From: Camelus dromedarius
Lineage: Eukaryota
Assembly (NCBI RefSeq): GCF_036321535.1
Contig: NC_087437.1
Coordinates: 71,798,001 to 71,862,000, forward strand
DNA length: 64,000 nucleotides
Direction of reading: 5' to 3'
The notes under the pieces were generated by a model that saw only the letters and a program-made list of their open reading frames with translations, was not told where the DNA came from and ran no database searches. How positions within the stretch are numbered: position 1 is the stretch's first letter; each line of letters opens with the position of its first letter. This document shows, in pieces, positions 38,243-49,980 of the stretch. The position numbers were made by a program, and so were the translations under genes.

Positions 38243-41049
38243 TGGCATTCCCAGCATCTTCATCTCCATGAACGTGGCTGAATGATTAAAAACATTTTGG
38301 CTTTCAACCCAGGCAGGCACTTCTCGTGTCTAGTCAGCCCTGCCCTACCCTCCTGCCTATTCTCAGGGCTCCCAGACAAGCCTGCGCTCATCTGCTGCAG
38401 CCTGGATGGGGTCCCCCGGGCTGCAGAGCACCGCACTGGGCTCACTTGGCAGAGTGGCCCGGGCAGCTCAGCAGCCTTGTGGCTATCACCCAGTTTCTGG
38501 GCTGAGTGACAATTCCGCTCCCTAACTCTCCTGGCCTCCAGGCCTCAGCTTGTCCCCGTGCTGGCTTGCTGCGTCTTTAGGGCTACAGTTACAAAGCACA
38601 GAAATATTTCGCCCTAATGGAGGACTCCTCAGTGATGTGCTGACCCTGCGGCCCTTTGCTGCACCTTTCTGAAAGATGGCAAAAGTGCAAGGGCAGTAAA
38701 ACTAGCCTGCAGCTCACTGCTTTACAGATGGGCTTGGAGGTGGCATCTGAGCCAGTGAAGGGGCCGAGGGACTGCCTCCTCGTGTGGCCTCTGGCAGTGC
38801 TGGGGTGCTCCTGTGCCCTGAACTGCCCCCTGATGGGCAGAGAATCACAGCACAACTCTTGATCTCCAAGTCACCTGAGCAGCCGTGGCTTGGCATGGCC
38901 CCAAGATCAACCCCTGAACTAAAGTGCTCTACAAGTGGAAAACCATCTGATTGACTGCAGGAGCGGAGTGGAGGCTGGAGCCTGACAGTGCTTCCCGTTA
39001 GAGGTGGGAATGCCTGGCTCCCGGTGAGCAGACAGGGTTTACTGGGGGATGGGCAGGCATCTCAGAAGCCGCGCATCCTGGGTAGTGACTAAGCCTATTA
39101 CCCGTCTGTAGCTCTGGCACACAGACCACTGAAGTCAAATCCAACTGTAGCCCACAAGGCTGGGCAAAATCAGCAGATTCTGGAGTTGGCGTTTGGCACA
39201 ATACCATCACTCCAGGCATCACTGATTCATTCACTCAGCCAGCCAGGAGCTGCAGGAGATATCAAGAAGACAGACATAGTGCCTCACCACTGGGAGCTTC
39301 ACTCTAATAGAAAAAACACTTAAAAGCAACACACAAGGTAGGGTACAGTAACTGGCAAGAGTGGTTTCCCCAAGCATAGTCCCTGCCACTTGCATCAGCG
39401 TTCGGTTACCTCCAGCTCCAGAGCAACTCAGAAAGGGGCCTGGCAGAGTGAGTTCTCCATCCTTTGCAAGGCCGGAAGCGTGGATAAATACATTTGCTCT
39501 CTTTGGGACTTTCTTCTGCCTGTTCAATTGCACAAATAATTTTGGCTCCAGAGCTCTCTCCTGACAGCCATAGAAACATGACATGCAATTTCTCAAACAC
39601 ACTTTCTGATGAAAGCAAGGCAGGCTCTCTATTTAAATAAAAACAGTTTCCATGGAGAAAAGAAAAAAAACCTTTGCAGATGCCAAACACACTCATCCCT
39701 GAATCTTGTGTTTCTTTTCCTTTAAGGTGGGGTGTGCACCTAGATGTGAGTGATGGGAGAAAGCTGAGGATGGGGAAGAGACGAAAGAGCTAGGGGGAGG
39801 AGGGCAGAAGATCAGTCATGACTGGAGGTGGGCAGGAGAGGAGACAGGGCATAGAAGAAAGGGGGAAAATAAAAAGAACCTAGTTTGCAATGTCATTAAA
39901 TGATTTGCAATAAACTGGCCTAATGCTTCAGGAATTTCTTGGCTTGAACCAATTAAAAAAAATTTTTTTTTTAAAAAGACATATGAGGTTGAGAAATATT
40001 ATTAATCCTTGAAAACAAGTCAAGGATGGGAGCCATTTCTCCACTGAGTCTGGCAGCCAGATGAACAGAGAAGATGTCTGTAGCCCATCCCATTTATCTG
40101 ACTTCAGTGCTGCTATGAGGTAGGGCTGGTTAGCAGAACTGGGGAGTTTCTTTTGGACTAGCTGAAGGAATAAAATGGTTTAAAAAAAATACACAGAGGA
40201 AAGAGAGAAGAAGGGAAAAAAAGATTTACTTGCCAACAACCCACATCACACATATTTCTCTGATCAACCAAATCTAAACTATAAACTTAGCAATGGGAAA
40301 ATTAATGTGAATCCTGGTGGTCCGGACTCATCAGAGCCAGAGCTGGATCCCGGCACAGTCTCTGGCAGGCTGGCTGCCTGCACAAGAAGAGAGAGGGGAG
40401 AAGATGGAGGCGAGCACTTCAGTGCGGCCCTTAAAACCAGAATTCTAGGTGGGAGAGGCAGGGGCACTGTCTTTGGGCCAGTGGGGCCCATAGTGGTTCC
40501 CACTTTTCCTGCCCACACACCTGGGAACTACGTATTCCTAACAGCAGTGGTGACCACCAAGGCCGTCCCACCCTCTCTGATTTGACTGAACTCACCACGG
40601 AAGTATCTGCACCATCTCAGAAACTGCACTGGGCTTAGGTCTAAGTATACAATGTAGAGGGCTGAACTCAAGTTGTTGAAAGTCTGAGGAAGATACATGA
40701 GGACTCAAATAATTAGAAATAAAAGTTGCTCCACACACATTCTTCAAGGCTCAACCCTGAGTCTTCCTCAATGCCCTGAAATTGAAGTGAATCACTGTTA
40801 GCCTGAGCTCCCATTAAAATCTGTTTACATCTCTGTTAGGCAACTCACAGCTCTGACTGACTTGCTTTATGGCTCACACGTGACTGCATCTATCCTCTCC
40901 ATTAGTCTGGGAGAGCCTCCATGGCAGGGACCAGGTCTTCCTGTGCTCTGCTGGAAATTCTAAACACTCCCCACTTCTCAGGACGCCAGTCTCCAGAACA
41001 TCCAGATAGTGAACTCAGGGCCAGAGAACAGACAGTTCGCCGGTTCCCC

Positions 41050-41212
41050 AGGGGGACTCGTGCATCTCCAGCTTGCTGGCTTTCCCTGTGGATTCTGGAC
41101 TTACCAGCCTCCACAATCAGGCGAGCCAATTCTTTACTAGAAATCTCTCTCTCTGCCCCCTTTTTCCCTTTCTCTATTCCCCTTTCCTTACCTCTCACCA
41201 TCTACATGTATA

Positions 41213-41248
<36 letters not shown>

Positions 41249-41395
41249 CACACACAAAACTGTATATGTATGTTCTCCATAAAATTACATGTATGTATAT
41301 AATTATATATAAGTATATGTATGTGTACATTTCACACACACAACATATATATAATAATTGGTTCTGCTTCTCTGGAGAATCCTGACTAAAACAGG
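41050..41395 (+). mobile_element. ERVL LTR 3' part (MLT2-like)
   Basis: ccagcctccacaatc...gagccaattc...attggttctgcttctctggagaatcctgactaaaaca. Confidence 0.75.
41215..41244. repeat. (TG)15 microsatellite
   Basis: Direct count. Confidence 0.95.
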
Positions 41396-44300
41396 GATAA
41401 AGGAAGCTAGAAATATTTTAATGTGGACAGCAGTCCTTCAGGGCCTGTCCTAATTCAAGGTCCTAGTGCAGAAAACCTTAAGGAAGTGAGTGATGGGAAC
41501 CACAGCTGGGAGCTGAGTCAGAAGAGACGAGGCTCCTGTTTGTGGAACTCACCACGCCGAGGGCCAGGGTCAGCCCAGCCTGCCAGCACAAACCAACACT
41601 GCAAGAGCAAGCGACCATGAACCAACAAAGGCATTAGTGGGCAGCTCTGTGGCTACAGTGACAACACACAATGCAGTGACACCACGGCGGCTCTCAGAGG
41701 CAGCTGGCAGGTGGGAACCTGGGTTGGAGAACACATGTACAGAGGGAGATAAGAAATTCACAGGAAATGGGTCTGGTCTCTTCCTGATAAGCCAGTCCTC
41801 TCTCCTGTGGCGGGGACTGGGAACCGTGCCGCCCCTGGACTGTCTTCCCGAGAGCTGCCCCCAGAATGGACTGGGAAGCACAGGGCTGGACACAGGCCCC
41901 AGAGCCTCCCACAGAAGGACACTACACACGTGCGTTGACCAAATGCATCAATAAATAAAACCTGGATTTTATAAAATCCTTCAAAAAATTACTATCTTAG
42001 ATTCTCATTTGATTCTCAAAGGAAAAAAAAACCTGTACGACTGATGGTATAATCATTCCTGTGCTCATTTCACAGCTGTGAGAATCTGAGATTAAGTAAC
42101 TTGCCCAACCTCATGTTAACTTGTAAGCGGCAGAGTTAAAACTTAAGAAAAAAAGATGCTAGGTTTAAGTTTCTTGTTCTTTCCACCATACCAGCTTGGC
42201 TCTATTTCTCTCATGGGTTAAATTATGGTAACAAAGAGCCCCTGTCACCTTCTGACCTTTCCTCAAAGTCACAGAGTCATGGAGACAGCTGCCTGAGGGG
42301 AACTCCTTCCCTTCCTGTCAGCTGCCTTGCCCCTGATCCTGGATGCCAGAGAGAGGATAACCCAGGAGAACGTGACTGGTCCTCGTGCTTAAAGACCTTA
42401 CAGAGGGGTTAGATCCACTCTCAGTTAAACAGCATCAGCTTAAGACTTCGCATTAGTCTGTGAACTAAAATTCCCAGATGCAGAATTACTGCCCAGTTAC
42501 TGCCCATTTTATTTCACCTCTGACTAGGACCTAGGGACAATGGATAACTGGGAGAATTAATTTAAAAAAAAAAAGGGTGAAAATGAAGGATTATTAGGAA
42601 TTTATCCGAATGGCAGATGACCAGCGGTGAGGGACGGAAAACAGCTTTCACGCTGCATGCCAGCTCTGATGAACTGGTGGTGGCTTCTTGCTCTGCTGCA
42701 CGGAGAACAATTCCAAGGCTGACTCGGGGTCCAGGGGCAAGGAAAATGGTGCTGAGGGCAGTGTCTGCTGTTGGCTCAGGTGCACAGAGTGGCAACCTTT
42801 GAGTCACGTTGAGTGGCTGGCCTTTAGGTGTGAAGCTTGTGAAAAGAGAGGTAAGAGGAAGAAAGGAGACCAAAGCTGGAGCATTTCGAAAAGCCAGAAT
42901 TAGACAAGACGGTCTGAAGGGACACAGCAGCAGCAAGAGGGATTCACCACAAATAAAGTTTAAGTTAAACCGGAAAAACAATTTCCAGGTAGAGGAGAGT
43001 GGGAAGGACACCTTCCCAGAGAGTGAAGGCAGCAGTTCTCCACGTGGACCACCCGGGTGGACCACCAGGAGGAGAGGGCGGGAGTGCACTGGTGAGACTT
43101 CAGGTCGTTCCCCTTTACCTGAAGAACAGAGCTGACGTCACCAGGCAGGGGTGAAGTTCAAGTGCACCCCCAGCATCAGATGAAGGAGGTCTGGACCAGG
43201 AAAGTTCTGCTAGAGGCCCCCTCCACTCCCCTGAATCCTCAAGCCAGGTCCTGCCCCCATCATTGAAAGCCCCCAGTGATCTCTAAGAGTTCACTAAGAC
43301 ACAGGGAACAGCGTCCTGCCAGGGAGGCCAAACAGAAGTGCTTTGTCTGAGGATGAACATCTGAACGCACGCGGGAGAGGCAGGAGGGAAAGGAAGCCTG
43401 CAATGCTGAGTGTGGGTGTGGGTGCGTGTGTACGTGCGTGTGCGCCGGCACGCCGCTGCCCGGCCTCACCCCGCCATGCAGACCGTGCCTTCGGTAATCC
43501 CTTCTACCACTCAGCCTCTCTCGCACAGCAGCCAACTAGCAAAACACAGCCCCCATTCTGCTCAGGAATGTGCTTTCGGAAACTTAATCTAGCTGCTGAG
43601 CCTGGGCCAAATCCCCCATGGCATTAACCCAAAGACAGCACCCCTTTCTCCCGCCTTCCTGCCACCCCGGCACTGCCTCCTCCAAGTCTGGGAGGTGGTG
43701 GTTCCACTCCACCAGCTCCCCCTTCCCCAGGACACAGCGCCCTCCAAGCCCGCTCTCTGCATTTCCAGCACTCCTCCATCCTTCTCCTGGTCAGGCCCAA
43801 ACATTTCCCTTCTGATTCATGTCTCAATGACAAGCCAATAGTTCTTGGCTTTCAAACAAGACGCGCCTCGGCTCCTGCACAAGCCCCCTCTTCTCTCACC
43901 GTGCCTTCTTGGGCTGCAACCAAACCCGTCCCTTTGTCCTCACTGCTAACTTCAGATCCCTTCAAACACCAGAGAAAGAATGGCCAGGAATTTTTTTAAA
44001 AATAAAGGCTATAAATCGTCTCTCCTCACATGGATACACCTTGGAGTAGAAGGAGGGCTCCAAAACAAACCTTCTCCTCTCCAGCTCTCCTTCCAAACAA
44101 TGAAAGGTCCAGCCCGCCTCCTGGTTAGGCAGAGAATGCTGGAGTCTCCCAAGTCTTCACAGACGAGGGCTGACCACCTGCAGGTGAGCAAGCCTCCCAG
44201 ATGAGCAACGTCACCCTTTAAAGGGACAGAGGTTGCAAAAAGGCACATCTTATCTGTAATAATGAACAACTGGCAGCGACCTGATGGCCCAGCCCTAGGA

Positions 44301-45538
44301 AGAGGGTTCAGCACATTGTGGTAAAGCCACTCGGGGATGTTCTAGGGCTGTGATAACTGTGCTCCTGCTCTGGCTGGGGTGGGGGGACGGTAACTAGGAG
44401 TCTGCCGGAGGGATGGTTACATGGGATGTACGTGTGAAAAACACATCAGGTTGTTCACTTAAGATGAGGGCACTCTGTGTACTTTACCAGATGCATTTTA
44501 TACTCAAGAAAAATATGGTAATATGGCCATATGGCCAATGGAAAACGCTTATCATACAGTGTCAAAGGGAAGAGAGTAAGGATATAAAGAATATACTCAG
44601 TAGTGTAAACACACGGGTATGGATAGACTGGAAGGGCACACTCCAAAACAATAACGGTGGTTGTGCGAGGGTGGGAGGCTGGTGGGGAGACATTATTTTC
44701 TATATATTCTAAACCTTCTATGGTGTCATTTTATTATAATTTTGAGACATGTAAGAGAAGTAGTATGGTAGCAAGTATAGCTCTGAGCTCAGCCCTTCTT
44801 GCTATGTCCTCACCCAAGTCTCCCGGCACCACCCCCAGCAGGCACAGCGGGAGGGGAGGGCGCAGCGGGAGGCCCAGGGCCTGCCACCCTCGCTGAGCTG
44901 TGCTCACAGCCCACTCCCCAGAGTCCTGGCACTCAGATTCAGTAGTGCTCCCGCTGCCGCAAAAGAAAGGGGCTCCCCTGTGGGAGTGAGGGGGGCTCTG
45001 AGATGCAGCCCAGGCTCGGCCTAGCCCCTAGGGAAGTAACTGGGGACCCACCCTGCCTTCCTCCCTCTTCTGAGAAGAGGGCAGGGCCGTGTGACGGTTC
45101 CCCAGGAAAACAGGAATGCTGTAGTGGCCTCCGTTCTACTCTCTTCTTCCATGCGGTCAAGTCCCTCCAGGGCCCTGGGATCAGGGAGTAGGGAGGGGTC
45201 TTTTCTCCCCTGCTTTTCTACTTCCCCATCTCTCGCCACTTTCCTCCCAGGACTCGTGCCTCACACCCCAGGGACTCCAGCTGACTTTTAAGGAGCATTT
45301 TAGAGGTCTGCTGCCTTAGGTATGACCCATAACATGAAGGCCATCGACCTCCTGGAAACACATCATCTGGGAGGGGGAGGATGATGGTGACACAGAAGCA
45401 GGGATAAGGGGCACTGCTAAGTCACGAGGTAACAAGCTTGGAGATCTTCTCAAAGTTTAAATCCAAATACCATTAAACTCTCAAGTTTCTCTGTTCCCTA
45501 CACTTTGGCCACCAGGGAAGGGGAGGTAATTCTTCATG

Positions 45539-45741
45539 CTGTTGACCCTTAAACGACATAGGTTTGAACTGCACGGGTCCACTTGGACGCGAATTTTTCT
45601 TTCACAGTGAATGCTGCAGCACTACCGGGCCCACAGCTGGCTGGACCTGAGGATCCGAAGACCCTGTGTGAGTAGTGTGAGGATTCCTGACTGCCGGGAG
45701 GGCCGGCGACCCTAATCCCCACGTCGTTCAGGGGTCAGCTG
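45539..45741. mobile_element. TcMar-Tigger MITE (Tigger2/MER8-like)
   Basis: TIRs ctgttgacccttaaacgaca and cgtcgttcaggggtcagctg; tttgaactgcacgggtccactt. Confidence 0.75.
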
Positions 45742-46502
45742 CGCTTCCTGGCTGTAGACTCCGCACATGAGACCAGGTGTCCCGCTGCTCTGTGGCCTGT
45801 GGGACTTCAGTCCGTCAAGTCTCACTTCCTCCGTGTACAATGGGCAGAAAATCAGGTAATGTGTGTACTGAGCTGAGCTTGGACACAGAAGTATATCCAA
45901 GTGGCAATTATACACAAGAGTAGTAGGAAGTCTTCCCCTGGCATCCTCCTCGGACCAAACTGTCACCTGATCTCTTCCTCTTTACCTCTTTGTCACAGTT
46001 TCCTTTTCATTGTGTTCTACTGTTTATACTCCAGGCATTTGGAATATGCTTGTCCTTCAGAGGCAGGAGGCCAAGGGTGAATGGGCAGGTTCTGTTCAGA
46101 CCACGCGTAGCCCTGTACATGCTCTGTCTACAGCTGCTGTGAGGACGGAGTGTGGGGGACAGAGGGGGCGGCAAACAGTTGGCACAACCACATCTAAGAC
46201 CACAGGGTGACCAAGTAGGAAGGCACGGCATGGCCCAGCTCCAGAGCCCATAGGAGCAGTTCAACCATGTCAAGTTCCCTTCCTTCCAGACACTCACTCC
46301 AACTCTGCCCCTACTCAGAGAGCACAGAGGTTCCCTGCCACAGGGGATATTAGGCAGCCACTGCTCTCTGATTGGAAATGTCAGCTTTTAAGGCCCCTTT
46401 TAAGGTAAGACTAATGACAGGGGGTTTGAATGGTGGGGGACAGAGAGAATGGGTAGGAGGAGGAGGCTGCGGCATGGAAAGGGGCAGAGGAGCAGTACTC
46501 AC

Positions 46503-46781
46503 TGGCTAGTGTCACGCTGGCTGGCACGCTGGCCACAGCCCCTGCAGGCATCCGGGCCACACACTGGTACCGTCCCACGGTGTGGTTGTCGAGGGTGGTG
46601 ATGACGAGGGTCCCACGGGTGATGAGGATGCCCAGGGCGTCATCCGAGCTGTTCAGCTCCCTCCCATTCAGGCGCCAGGTGGTGTTCATCCAGGGCGGTT
46701 CCACCACGCAGCCCAGGATCACAGTCCCCCCGAGCTTCTGGACGGTGGAAGAAGGCTGGACAGTGACCTGAGGGACTGCGT
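46503..46781 (-). CDS. BOC: BOC coding exon 2, Ig1
   Basis: AVPQVTVQPSSTVQKLGGTVILGCVVEPP...GRYQCVARMPAGAVASVPASVTLA. Confidence 0.96.
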
Positions 46782-46994
46782 CTGGAGGAAGAGCAGGGAT
46801 GTGGAGATGAGCTGACACCCCCAAGAAACTGACAATAAGACCTCCTCATAAGCACAGCACCCAGACAGCCTTCAGAGCTGAGCAACCCAGAGAGGAGCTG
46901 ATCTTTCTCTGAAGAACACTGCCGCCCTTGGGTCCATTCCCGATCCTGGCCTTGTCCCCAGAAGGTAACCTGGAGGGGCAGTGTCAGGTGCAGG

Positions 46995-47200
46995 CAAGGG
47001 CTCAGGCTTTGGACTTAGACCTGGGTCTGAATCCCAGTGCCACTGCTTCTGAGCCAGGTGACTTTAGCCTTTTTGGGTCTCAGTTTCTTATCTGTAAAAT
47101 GGGACTAATATCTCTCTCACCGCATTGCTGGGACGCTTACAAACTATGTATGTAAACCGCCAGCAGGCTCAGTACAAGGCAGTTGAGTTACTATCATTAC
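46995..47200 (+). mobile_element. MIR SINE
   Basis: agacctgggtctgaatccc...ctcagtttcttatctgtaaaatggg. Confidence 0.75.
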
Positions 47201-47281
47201 TCCTCCTCTAGTATTTGAAATGATTAAGATACCAAAACACAGCCAATATGATGTTATTGACATCATTTCTCATCTTGTATT

Positions 47282-47416
47282 TTTTTAGTGGAGGTACTAG
47301 GGGTTGAACCCAGTACCTTGTGCATGCTAAGCACACGCTCTACCACTGAGCTGTACCACATTTATTCCCTCATTTCTTTATAATGGAGGTAACTGGGGAC
47401 TGAGCCCAACACCTTG
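47282..47416 (-). mobile_element. Young tRNA-derived SINE, 1.5-unit composite
   Basis: 12-bp TSD tcatcttgtatt at 47270-47281 and 47417-47428 encloses a full unit plus a partial unit. Confidence 0.85.
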
Positions 47417-47591
47417 TCATCTTGTATTATTGAGCATGTCCCTGAAGGCCAGTGGGAATGCAGTGCTCTTCGAAACCCAGGAGGAAGGCCTTGTTAGAAG
47501 GTCCCTGAGGAATGCGTCACACTTCCGGCTGACAGCAGGGGCAAAGTGTCCTTCCCAGAGGGGCCTCTGAGAAAGGAAGGAAGGCACTCAC

Positions 47592-47688
47592 TCAGGTCGG
47601 CGAAGCAGCCCGCTGTGGCCAGGAGGAGGCAAGCAAGTATGATTCCAGGCCTCTGTCCTCTCTGCGTCGTCATCATCCCACGCAGCAT
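47592..47688 (-). CDS. BOC: BOC coding exon 1, signal peptide (exon extends in 5'UTR to about 47770-47773)
   Basis: ATG in acaccATG context; MLRGMMTTQRGQRPGIILACLLLATAGCFADL; donor gtgagt. Confidence 0.95.
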
Positions 47689-47778
47689 GGTGTGTCACAG
47701 AGGGTCCAAAGCCAAAGACCCATAAGCCACTGGAGTCACTCAATGAGGTACTGCAATCTCCTGCCACACTCTGCTGTG

Positions 47779-47857
47779 AGAAAGAGAGGGAGAGAGAGGG
47801 AGGGAGGGAGAGAGATGGGGGAGGGGGGGGAGAGGGGGAGAGAGAGGGAGAGAGAGA
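47779..47857. repeat. Purine-rich (GA/GGGA) simple repeat, i.e. the polypyrimidine tract of BOC coding exon 1
   Basis: About 79 nt, nearly pure purine on plus strand. Confidence 0.9.
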
Positions 47858-49789
47858 TTGGGAGGGCCATGGTGAGGATGCCTGGGACGGGACACCCTTG
47901 TGCTCCGGGCCTGGCTGTGTCCTGGCGCCCCTTGGTCCACCACACAGGTGGGATCATTCAAAGTGTTGGCCTGGCCGGGCTGCTGGAAGACCAAACACTC
48001 TCATGCCATTTCTCATCTGAAATAAGCCACTTCTAAGTGGCCCCTTTGAGGTAGAAAGTGATGCTATTACAGTAAGAATGCTAGAGCCCTGCCTGGGCAC
48101 CGACAGTAACGAGGAGAGGAAAGCCCAGGACATGGGGAGGCTGAGACCTGCGGTTTGGTGCCAGGCCCTGGGCGGTGGGCACGTAGCACAGATGCTGGAG
48201 AGGATGCGGTCATCTTTACCACCTTCCTGCAGGAGGCCAGGTGTCCTGGGCCACCTGTACTAGTGGCTCACCGCTAGCACAAAGGACCGCGCACAATGCG
48301 GTCATACATATGAGTGCATGCGGAGTCCTTCGTTTAGGGGATGTTACTAATTAATGAATCCTAAAGTCTCAGAGGCTCACAGAAGGTCTGTTTTTGATTC
48401 ATCTCAGCTCTTCACTGACATCCCTGTGACCATTCTTCGATTCCTGGAATCAACCAACCCTCCTAAGCTTGTCTGTAACCTCTGTGTCCCCAAACACAAA
48501 CACAGACAAAAGTCACACATCAGCCAAGGCCCCTCTTCTCTCTGCCCTGGTGCTAAAGTTCTGGTGTCTTCCATCTCTACAAAATCTGTACTCTTGACAA
48601 TCGTCTGTGTTCCATCTCCACCCAGAACATTCCTTCGGAGCTCTAGGCTGCCCTGCACCTCCAGCAGCTTGGTGACATACCTCAGCTGTCAGCCACCCTC
48701 TTACTGCCTGCCTAGAACTTTAACTCCTCTCCATCCACAGTATTACTTCTTTATGCCTCATTTAATCTATGGTGTTTTTAATAAAAGATTCATCAAAATG
48801 ACATACAGGCAAGTGTAGACACCCTTCTGTCACAGCCTCAACCAAGATCTTCTCTGCTTTTCACTGCTGCCCTTATAGAACATCAGACCAATAAGGAAGC
48901 TGTGTCAACATCCTTATTAGGCTGGTACGCATTAGAGTGAGGTTCAGATCATTGAAGGCAACATGACAACAGTCTAGATGGTGAATGCACGTTCCTGAAT
49001 CGTGCACATACGGCAATATTTAGTATATTTCCAGGAGAGTGACTTATACTCAAAATGTTCTCTCTTTTGGACCAGTTTATCTAATTAGTGACTCTTTCAA
49101 AGACTTACAGTCACCAGTGAAAAATCATACGAGGCTGTTAAGCCACCCAACTGAGAGATGTGCTGTGGCCCCGGGTCTCTGGAGTTCTGGCCACCCGCCC
49201 AGTCTGTTGTAAGATCTGATCTTCAGTCTCTCAACCCCCAATTGCTCCTTCAACAAGGGCCTGAAGGCTGGGCTGCGGGGCTCTTGCTCTGTCAGGAAGT
49301 GCCTGAGATCTGCTTAAACACTTCCCTTCTCCACGCTCCTTTGGCCCTTCTGTCTTTTCACTCAGCTGTTGAGTGTCAAGGCCCAACAAACACCTCTCCA
49401 AACCAGATCTAGGACCCAGCCCTACACTGTTGTTAAGAATGTTTCCCAGTAAAGAGTTCTTTCCCCTTGGTTTTTCATCCTTCCCTTTGCCTCGTGTCTT
49501 TGATATCAGAGCACCTCCAAAACTCCTCCACTGTTCTGGGAAAGGACAAGGGGACATTTTCCATAAGAGGTTTGAAAGAAAATTTTTAAGCTTTTCCTGA
49601 CAACGTAATTTCCTCTTGGTGTAGAGAGCGCTTTTGCTCTTTTTCAGACAATGCAGTAAATCAAAGGGTCATATTATAAAGCGACATTAAGGAAAGCTGC
49701 AAAGGATGTGAGTACAGACGGGGAAGGGAAGGGCGGGGAAGGGCGGTGGTGGAGGCGGGGGCGGGGTGCCTGTCATCACCGCAGGTACC

Positions 49790-49980
49790 TCGCTAAGCTC
49801 TTTGCACAAGGTATTCTTTTCATCGTCAGAAAAACTCGACAACGTGGGGACTCACCCATTTTACAGGTGAAGAAAGTGAGTTCCAGAGGGTAGGTAACTT
49901 GTCCAAGGTCACATAACTGTAGGCCTGGAATGAAACCCAGGTTGGGCTCATTCCAAAGTTCTGTGCTTTTTAACCACAAT
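49790..49980 (-). mobile_element. MIR SINE
   Basis: cccattttacaggtgaagaaagtgag...taacttgtccaaggtcaca. Confidence 0.75.
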
